The notes beneath the pieces were generated by a model. That model did not search any database and had not been told where the DNA came from. It saw only the letters and a list, made by a program, of their open reading frames with translations. A stretch of 12,087 nt of DNA from Octopus sinensis. Taxonomy: Eukaryota. Positions 1-7,650 of this stretch are shown piece after piece; position 1 is the first letter of the stretch; each line of letters opens with the position of its first letter. A program made the position numbers and the translations under genes. The DNA lies in contig NW_021826747.1 in assembly GCF_006345805.1 (NCBI RefSeq), forward strand, positions 1 through 12,087. The letters are read 5' to 3'.

Positions 1-346
1 TGCCTGTCGTCAGATGAGGTTCGATATCAACTTCGCTTGCCTCAACAGTCTTTGTGTGTCCAAGGAGGAAAGGCATGTAAAGTGGGCTGGACTCACTTGT
101 CCTGCCTGGTCTTCTCACGCATAGCTATTTCCAATGGTCTCGGTTGTTGGTTATTTCCTCAGTGAGAGCCGAAAGTTTGAAGGTCATGCTTGAACCCTCG
201 TCCCAGGTTTTCCTGGGTCTACCTCTTCCATGGGTTCCCTCAACTGCTGGGATTGCACTTTTTCACAACACCTATTCTTCCATTCCATCTCGCCACATGA
301 CCATACCAGCGCAATCGTCTCTCTTGCACACCACAACTGATGCTTC

Positions 347-2248
347 TTAGGTCCACATTTCTCTCAAGGTACTAACGCTCTGTCGAGTATGCACACTGAC
401 ATTACACATCCTTCGGAGCATACTGGCTTCATTCCTCGCGAGCTTACGCATGTCCACAGCAGTCACAGCCCATGTTTCACTGCCATGTAGCATGGCTGTT
501 CGTACACATGCATCATACAGTCTGCCTTTTACTCTGAGTGAGAAGCCTTTAGTCACCAGCAGAGGTAAGAGCTCCCTGAACTTTGCTCGGTCTATTCTTA
601 CTCTAGCAGTTACACTTTCAGCGCACCCACTCCCACTACTGACTTGGTCACCTAGATAACGGAAGCTATCAACTACTTCTAGTTTTTCCTCCTGGAAAGT
701 GACGGAAGTTGTTTTCTGCAGATTTTCAGAGTTTATTGCTCCTGAGCATCTGCCACATACAAAAACTATCTTCCCAGTTAGCCTTCCTTTGACATTACTG
801 CACCTCTTATGTGTCCATAGCTTACACTGGATACATCTTATAGAGTTTCTACCTACACCTTTTCTACAGATCGAGCAGGGCCATCTTCCTGAAGACATTT
901 GTGGATTGTCTACCTTCCTACTTATTAGTACTTTGGTTTTAGCTAGGTTGACTCTAAGGCCCCTCGATTCTAATCCCTCCTTCCACATCTGGAACTTCTC
1001 CTCCAGTTCTGATAGTGACTCGGCAATTAGAGCAAGGTCGTCAGCATAGAGGAGCTCCCAGGGGCAACCTGTCTTGAATTCCTCCATAATTGCCTGGAGG
1101 ACTATGATAAATAGGAGGGGGCTAAGGACTGAACCCTGGTGGACCCCAACCTCTACATTGAATTCTTCTGTGTACATGTTGCCAACCCTAACCTTACTTA
1201 CGGCATCCCTGTACATGGCTTGCACAGCTCTCACCAGCCATTCATCTATCCCTTGTTTCCTCATTGACCACCAGATAAGGGATTGGGGGACCCTGTCAAA
1301 GGCTTTCTCTATGTCAACGAAAGCCAGGTACAGGGGCTTATCTTTGGCTAGGTATTTCTCCTGCAGCTGTCTCACCAGAAATATGGCATCAGTGGTGCTT
1401 TTCCCTGGCATGAAACCAAGCTGCATCTTCTCCAAGTTGACTCTCTCCCTAATCAGTTGGGCTATGACCCTCTCCGTAACGTTCATTACCTGATCCAACA
1501 GCTTCATACCTCTGTAATTATTTGTATGTCGGGCGTCTCCTTTACCTTTGTAGCAGCTTACTAGTATGCTGGTACCCCAGTAATTGGGTATGACTCCTTC
1601 GTGTATTACCTGGTTAACTATACGAGTGACTAGGTTATGGCCAACACTGCCAGATATTTTGAGCATGTCTGCAGTAATTCCTGATGGGCCTGGGGCTTTC
1701 CCTGTCTTCATGCTTCTAATTGCCTTAACTACCCAAGAATTGTCAACTCGGATGGCTGGTCCCACTGTTGGGTCAACATTCGGCAGACTCTCTTTATCCC
1801 ATTCATTTTCTTTATTCAGCAACCTTTCATGGTGGCATCTCCAAACCTTTCTCTTTGCATCCTCATTTAGTGCAAGTGAACCATCATCCATGCAGACACA
1901 TTTCTCTCCTAGCACATCACGATTCTCTCTCACACACTGTCTTGCAACACAAAATACCTCAAGTCTTTCATCCTCACGGCGCAGAACATTGGCAAATTTT
2001 TTCTTATTTGCTTCCCCTCTGGCTAAATAAACCTGTCTCCTAGCTTCCCTTCTGGCTGTCTGATACAATTCCCTGCTACCACCGTTCTTCCAGTCCCTCC
2101 AAGCCTGTTTCTTTTGTCTAACAGCTCTGTCAACCACATTGTTCCACCACCATGTTACTCTGGGTCCTGAGGGGACTTTGCTCCATCCACAGATCTGGTC
2201 AGTGGCTGTCAGCAGATTGTCCTGTAGAAATCTCCAGTTGTCTTCCAC
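347..2248 (-). pseudogene. LINE reverse transcriptase segment, 633 open codons (linker + RT + inserted PHD finger); bounded by frameshifts at both ends
   Basis: KAPGPSG, NYRGMKLL, QLGFMPGKSTTDAIF, FVDIEKAFDRV, GVHQGSVLSPLLF, YADD (1037-1048), LRVNLAKTKV, FRYLG (650-664). The GTG start and the TAA at 347-349 result from 1-nt losses; homologous sequence continues in other frames (…ASLNVEDNW upstream, DLRSISCGVQERRLRWYGHV downstream). Confidence 0.92.
746..877 (-). other. PHD-type zinc finger (Cys4-His-Cys3) embedded in the RT domain
   Basis: CSIC-x10-CIQC-x4-HKRC-x14-CGRC, 44 aa; all eight ligands present with PHD spacing. Confidence 0.85.
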
Positions 2249-2249
2249 A

Positions 2250-3088
2250 TTAAGTGAAGCATATCCCCTTTATTTTCGTAAAAGGCTTCGAGTAGTATAT
2301 CTCTAAATCTCTGTCCATTTGCAGGATCTTTAAGCTTCCAGACCCTCTCCTCCAAGGCTGGTCTTCTGGGCAACCATTTAGCTCTGATCCTGAAGTCGCT
2401 AACTACAATCTATGTTGAGGAGTACATTCTTCGCCTGGAAAGGTTTTGGCATTTATAAGCAGCCTTCTTTTCCTCTTTCTGGCGAGGATGTAGTCAATCT
2501 GGGTAGTGTGTCTGCCAGAACGGTAGGTGACTAGGTGAGAGGTGGGTTTCCTGAAGTTGGTATTGCAAACCATAAGGTCATTTGCATCGCAGAACTCCAG
2601 CAGCCTGGTTCCCTGCCCATTGCGAGAGCCAAAACCGTAGCCTCCATAAACGCCATAGAAGCCCCCCGACATGCCGTCCAACATGTCCATTGAAATCACC
2701 TGCCACAAAGAGAAGGTCACTGTCATTTGTCAACGAGGTAGTCCGCAATAGGGTGTCGTAGAATATGGGGAAGCACTAATCTAATCTTAAGTACTCTGTC
2801 ACTTACTCTGACTACCTCGATTACCTTATCTACCCATTTCTCCGCAAGAAGTATACCCACGCTTCCGACCCCGTCAGTGTTCCCTGCCCAGAAAATCTTG
2901 TACCTGTGTTCCTTGCCTTTGAGGAGCCTAGTGGAACCTCCTCTCCTCCTTACTTCCTGGATGCAGCATAAATTCACACGTCTTCGTTGAAGCAGCTCAA
3001 CAATCATTCCAGACCTACCTTTCAATGTGCCAACTCTGAGGGTGTAGGAGGTGTGGGCCTCTGAGACCCTGGGATGAGGGACAGCCAT
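2250..3088 (-). pseudogene. APE-type endonuclease domain and linker of the RTE LINE, frameshifted and internally deleted
   Basis: Likely start MAVPHPRV (ATG 3088-3086). Fragments in ORFs 2723-3130 and 2403-2726. Frame changes near 2765, 2665, 2404 and 2262. The SAYAPQ-type motif expected between IRLVL and FYDTLL is absent. Confidence 0.88.
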
Positions 3089-3242
3089 GTCATGTACCTG
3101 AAAAGAAAGCTTGCATTTGGCAGATTTCATATGGAAACACTAGACTACAACCTGCATACATTTCACAGTTTTTGCGCTATATGATCAAATAAACCCTACA
3201 TAGGGGTGCGGGGGGGGATAGTCAAGTAAGACAGAGGTAGAA

Positions 3243-3277
3243 ACTTCCGGTATTGGTGGAAGGGGTGGGAGGGTGGG
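3243..3277. promoter_or_regulatory. ETS-type site (ACCGGAAGT on minus, 3243-3251) next to a G-quadruplex/CACCC-box tract (GGGGTGGGAGGGTGGG, 3262-3277)
   Basis: Exact motif matches in a GC-richer patch 155-190 nt upstream of the LINE ATG; function not shown. Confidence 0.35.
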
Positions 3278-3294
3278 CGCACTGCGAAGGAGCA

Positions 3295-3732
3295 ACGCGG
3301 TTGAAGATAATTCGTAGGGAATTCTCTGCAACAAAAATTACTGAAACAGCTAATGCCGAAATCGTGAGATAGAGTTGAAAGCTGAAACTTTGGGATTTGA
3401 GGAAAACATAATTTAAATAAATGAAAACCGCAGTGCTAAGTCGAAAGAGAGAGACAGTGAGTCGGTGGTGGGGTCAGAGCCTTAGGTGGTCAGGCGTTAA
3501 GTAAGTAATAAATACGACACGAGGAAGAAAGAATATTTTGTAAGGAATTCGGGGGAATGGAATAACAAAGGGATAACCTTGAAATAAAAGAAGAATAGAA
3601 ATATGCATGATCTTAAGACAGACAGGAAGCTATCGGTGCCATGTTTACAAGATAGAGAAATAGATAATAGAGAACGAGAGAGAAGGGGTTAGGGTTACGA
3701 ATCAACGCTTAAAAATATGAATGAACGAGGTT
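3295..3732. repeat. Direct repeat copy 1 (438 bp) of a duplicated LINE-upstream segment
   Basis: Aligns by eye to 3930-4346 with roughly a dozen substitutions, one 22-bp indel and a 1-bp G-run difference. Confidence 0.95.
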
Positions 3733-3882
3733 GAAAATTAAAATCGCTTAGCTGGTCATTTTTCTGAAATCCGTGTTTTGTCAGCAAGGAGATGTAAATC
3801 GAGTAGAGGGAAGAAACAGACCGTACGCTGGTTTATAAAGAGTTAGGGATTTGGGGGAGGGTGTATCAGGTGGTAACATGAA

Positions 3883-3886
<4 letters not shown>

Positions 3887-3920
<34 letters not shown>
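3887..3920. repeat. (GA)17 microsatellite
   Basis: Direct read of sequence. Confidence 0.97.
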
Positions 3921-3924
<4 letters not shown>

Positions 3925-3929
3925 CAGAC

Positions 3930-4346
3930 ACGAGGTTGAAGATAATTCGTAGGGAATTCTCTGCAACAAAAATTACTGAAACAGCTAATGCCGAAATCGT
4001 GAGATAGAGTTGAAAGTTGAAACTTTGGGATTTGAGGAAAACATAATTTAAATAAATGAAAATTGCTGTGCTAAGTCGAAAGAGAGAGACAGTGAGTCAG
4101 GGGGGGGGGTCAGAGCCTTAGGTGGTCAGGCGTTAAGTAAGTAATAAATACGACACGAGGAAGAAAGAATATTTTGTAAGGAATTCGGGGGAATGGAATA
4201 AAAGAGGAATAGAAAAATGCATGATCTTAAGACAGACAGGAAGCTATCAGTGCCATGTTTACAAGATAGAGAAATAGATAATAGAGAACGAGAGGGAAGG
4301 GGTTAAGGTTACGAATCAACGCTTAAAAATATGAATGAACAAGGTT
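3930..4346. repeat. Direct repeat copy 2 (417 bp) of a duplicated LINE-upstream segment
   Basis: Offset 635 from copy 1 at the left end; lacks caaagggataaccttgaaataa; ends at an (AT)6 tract at 4348-4359. Confidence 0.95.
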
Positions 4347-4393
4347 CATATATATATATCTATACAATAATATGTTACATTACTCGATAGTCA

Positions 4394-4456
4394 AGATAAA
4401 ACTCTGAGTTTCAGATGCCGAAGTGGAAATCCACAACACCATCTCTTCGGTTATCT
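4394..4456 (-). ncRNA. Type I hammerhead ribozyme fold (variant core) in the PLE1 3' region
   Basis: Minus strand reads AGATAA CCGAAGA GATG-[GTGTT GTGGA TT TCCAC TTCGG]-CATC T GAAA CTC A GAG T T TTATCT. Stem I AGATAA/TTATCT (6 bp), stem II GATG/CATC extended by a GTGGA/TCCAC hairpin, near-palindromic stem III ACTC-A-GAGT, GUU triplet. Deviations: U4 to C, extra U before G12. Confidence 0.75.
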
Positions 4457-5030
4457 GGTTATTTGAAAACGCTATGAAAAATACCGTTATATAAAGGGAA
4501 ATTATTGTGTTATAACTCTGCTTGCCTGCGTACTTATACATCGCTTGCATTTTTCGTCATAAAAATTATATAAAAATACATAAAAATATATAAAATCTTC
4601 TTGGGACATAACATAGAAAGCATGTTTTATCTGTTTTCTTTAGGGGACCAAAAACATAACAGAAATTTAGTGACATGTGGGCATGATCCGAAAAGTTCTG
4701 TCCTTGTGTTTAGACATGTAGTAGGGTCTAAGCTGCTTTTCCAGATAAGCCATCTCTCCATGTCGCATAGACTGCACCTTCCGCTGCCGTTGGTATAGGG
4801 CTTACATCTGGCCAAAATCTTCCATTGTATGTTATAATCGACACCTTTATCTCTTAAAGACCAAATATAATTAGATAATTGTGTCGCTTTTCTTTTGTTC
4901 CAGTGCCTAAAGCTCAAAGTGTGGTTATTGAACCTGGCCTTGAAATTACCCTCTGTAAGGCCCACGTATTTCTTCGTCGAAACGGTGTCTTTAGTGGTTA
5001 TAGAGTTTAAGGTAGCTTCATATATGATGG

Positions 5031-5355
5031 TCTTGGACATGCAAGCTCCATTTAGCAGGCACAATTCTTTATTCCTGCATGAACAGCTGTTTTCTTGTTG
5101 TGTTTACACCCTCTTACTCACCCGAGGTGGCCTTCAATATAGGTAAATATTTCCTAGCACTGATAGATAGACATTTTCCAGTTAACCATACTTATAGGAA
5201 ACTCTTCAATAGACACAATTTAAAAATTAGTTTTAGTTCCACTACCAATTTTAAAAACATAATCAAACATAACATACAAAAAACACAACAAGAAAACAGC
5301 TGTTCATGCAGGAATAAAGAATTGTGCCCGCTAAATGGAGCTTGCATGTCCAAGA
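5031..5355. repeat. 75-bp inverted repeat (5031-5105 / 5281-5355, 1 mismatch) around a 175-bp spacer
   Basis: Reverse complement of 5031-5105 equals 5281-5355 except at position 5329. Confidence 0.96.
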
Positions 5356-5991
5356 TGGTGCCTTACTGCTCTTGAAAGAAACTACGTTGTAATTCCGGCA
5401 TTAAAAGTTGTTTTTTGAGGATGCTATTGAAATACTCCAGTCAATTCAGCACTTGACTAAGTTCTAGTATATTATTGATCCTTTTTTTATCAATTAGTGT
5501 CAATAATATAATGAAATCCGGCATGAAATATTAGTGATTTACAGTTGGAACTATGTGACACTAATCTATAATAATGAAAATATTTCTTTGGTTGAAGATC
5601 CACCATATATTATAAGCTTTTATATTGATTATAGAAACTGATAAGAGACAATCAGATAAAAGAAAATCTTGGATATTGTATGATTTAAATTCAACACAGT
5701 TAGACAATTAACTAACACTTCATCTCAGCTGAATAAACTTAACTTACATGTTTTTTTAGTCACAGCACAAGGCTAATTTACTATAGATGTGTACTAGCAC
5801 TGATTTTATCAACACTAAAGTAATAAAAAGTAAAATTGATTTCAGTAGTCTTTGAAATCTAGACCAGAATCCTGTACAACTCATCACTATTTATGCCAAC
5901 TCCTGTTATTTTATCACATTAGAAAATATTAAAATGGAAAGAGAAAAATCTTTCTTTGATAGCTGTTTTTTTTTTTTAATTTATGAAATAC

Positions 5992-6081
5992 ACTAATTAC
6001 TAATTATATTTTTCCCCTTTTTTTTTTTAGGTAAGTGTCATTTCTAAATGCATACAATATCAATTTTTAAAAGGTAAGTGT
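5992..6081 (+). promoter_or_regulatory. Candidate recursive splice site (3' ss fused to 5' ss) with a downstream second 5' ss delimiting a 43-nt RS-like exon
   Basis: ACTAAT twice (5992-5997, 5999-6004; TACTAAT at 5998-6004), 21-nt pure pyrimidine run (6008-6028), AG 6029-6030, GTAAGT 6031-6036, AAG|GTAAGT at 6071-6079. Confidence 0.6.
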
Positions 6082-6767
6082 TTGGTAGGTACGGTTTCTT
6101 AAATAATGCCCTGGCAGCTTTCACTGCCTAAGCTATAACTTTATTTTTTACTCTGATCTACCATTGGACAAGTAGAAAAGTTTTTTTCCCTCTACTTGCC
6201 TACATATGCATGTTACATAGGTCAGTTCTATCCAGAGTTATTCATTTCTCATGTTTAACTTTGAAGGCATAGCCAAGTACATATTATATATAAAGTTGTC
6301 CCTCAGTTTGCATGGTACTGTATGCACAGTTTCATTTTAGTACAGTTTAGCTTTCGTGCAAATTTTTTACTATTTTTGATATTATAGCTATTTCTGTTTC
6401 AGTTTTACATTTCCTTTTATTTTACCTTTGTTTTCATACTCTGATAATGAGGTAGACTGTACATTTGTTAGAATCATCTCATACTAGCAAACGCACTTGT
6501 CCTTTGGATGGTTTAAGTTGCTCTGGTGGTATTTTTTTCACCAAATGATTGGACTACCAACAAAATTTATGAGTAGTATGGCAATCTATGTATCCGATTA
6601 ACTTAGGAACAGAAACCAAATTGAAGGCTGGTTACTGTGGAGGTCATTGCAAGCGATGCAAAATAGAGCTACTGAAGTGTTTTGGGAGTAGATTATGGAT
6701 ATAATGACTACAAAATATAGTTGTTTTACATAAAAGTGAAATTTCTTGTCAGAAACAGCCACATATA

Positions 6768-7173
6768 TCTTTCTCTTTTCTCTTTTACTTATTTCAGTCA
6801 GTTGACTGCGGCCATGCTGGAGCACCGCCTTTAATTGAGCAACTCGACCCCGGGACTTATACTTTTTGTAAGCCCAGTACTTATTCTATCGGTCTCTTTT
6901 GCCGAACCGCTAAGTAACAGGGACATAAACACACCAGCATTGGTTGTCAAGCAATGCTAGAGGGACAAACACAGACACACAAACACACACACATACATAT
7001 ACATATATACAACAGGCTTCTTTCAGTTTCCGTCTACCAAATCCACTCACAAGGCTTTGGTCGGCCCGAGGCTATAGCAGAAGACACTCGCCCAAGGTGC
7101 CACGCAGTGGGACTGAACCTGGAACCATGTGGGTGGTAGACAAGCTACTTACCACACAGCCACTCCTGCGCCT
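6768..7173 (-). mobile_element. tRNA-derived SINE, full length, resembling the abundant octopod SINE family
   Basis: Pol III A box TGGCTGTGTGG (7162-7152) and B box GGTTCAGTCCC (7119-7109); CCTTGGGCGAG core-like segment; internal (TG/TA)n at ~6968-7011; A/G-rich simple tail (AAAAGAGAAAAGAGAAAGA). Family assignment from recall only. No TSD visible. Confidence 0.88.
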
Positions 7174-7650
7174 GGTGTAAGGAAATTGAAAGAAGACGTT
7201 GAAACTTTCCCCTGTGAGTTTATTTTATTCAATTTCAAAGGGAGCTATTTTTTCGGAGAGAAGTATGATTGGTATGTTCAGAAATGGCAATATAAAGGAA
7301 TGTATTTGCTATGTTGCTTACAGTGTGCAACCACTCTGAAATTGACTTCAGGTAATGAAAAATGAAGACATGAAAAGTTTTACTTCAGTTCATGAATGCT
7401 GCTTTTAATTTTTAGCAGTTTGCAATGAAAAGATATTGTGTTCAAAATATCATAATGGATGGGTAAATAAGCATCCTTAAAGTGAAACAACGTATTGGTA
7501 GGTAAACAAAGGTATCAACAAATAGAAGAGAAGGAAGGGAACATCATTTTTCAAGTAACTCAGAATAGGTAAAAGTAAGCTTGCCAAATTTAAATTCAGT
7601 TTAAATATGGAGATTGAGATTGTTTGGAATTGGATATCCATTGCATACAG

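Larger units (their letters stand above)
1..3100 (-). mobile_element. RTE-clade non-LTR retrotransposon (LINE), decayed; 3' UTR runs off the window start; 5' UTR may extend to ~4346
   Basis: Single long APE-endonuclease + RT frame broken by indels. EN motifs: CIQEVR, GVGSVGILL, RVSDRV, GDFNGHVG (2677-2700), QIDYIL, QHRL. RT motifs listed under the RT entry. RTE-type C-terminus RLRWYGHV (~295-317) and GRGRPRKTW (203-229) lie in shifted frames. Confidence 0.93.
4360..5355 (-). mobile_element. Penelope-like element fragment 1 (linker + GIY-YIG + 3' UTR/pLTR with hammerhead), 5'-truncated with an inverted 5' segment
   Basis: Minus 4627-5103: C-x-C…C…C linker, IIY (5020-5028), YVG (4960-4968), R…H, CSLC…E, LN-x-R-x-EL, C-x-H. 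Plus 5103-5355 encodes the upstream linker FTPSYS…NIGKYFLALIDRHFP…KLFNRHNLKISFS. 3' end abuts (AT)6. Confidence 0.9.

Noticed and set aside
144-2043. Plus-strand ORFs (144-350, 450-659, 699-1049, 1074-1493, 1584-2030, 1768-2043)
   Set aside because: Antisense shadows of the LINE RT frame; no recognisable motifs.
3100-3300. HDV-like ribozyme in the RTE 5' UTR
   Set aside because: Known for some RTEs, but I could not build the nested double pseudoknot by eye; an RNA motif search would be needed.
3685-3697. Telomere-like GGGGTTAGGGTTA
   Set aside because: Only one full TTAGGG, and it is disrupted in the second repeat copy.
3781-3969. 62-aa minus ORF with SLSLSL run
   Set aside because: Translation of the (GA)17 microsatellite.
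3295-4346. LTR pair / TRIM interpretation of the direct repeats
   Set aside because: No TG…CA termini, no primer-binding site and no flanking 4-6 bp TSD visible.
4601-5146. Plus ORFs 4601-4798 and 4895-5146
   Set aside because: Antisense to the GIY-YIG frame; no independent support.
6540-6720. Slightly GC-richer patch that looked exon-like
   Set aside because: Short frames with stops, no recognisable protein motif, no convincing splice-site pair.
7095-7173. tRNA gene
   Set aside because: A and B boxes are present but no full cloverleaf, and the sequence continues into SINE body.
6598-7365. Small ORFs overlapping the SINE
   Set aside because: Chance frames through SINE and microsatellite sequence.
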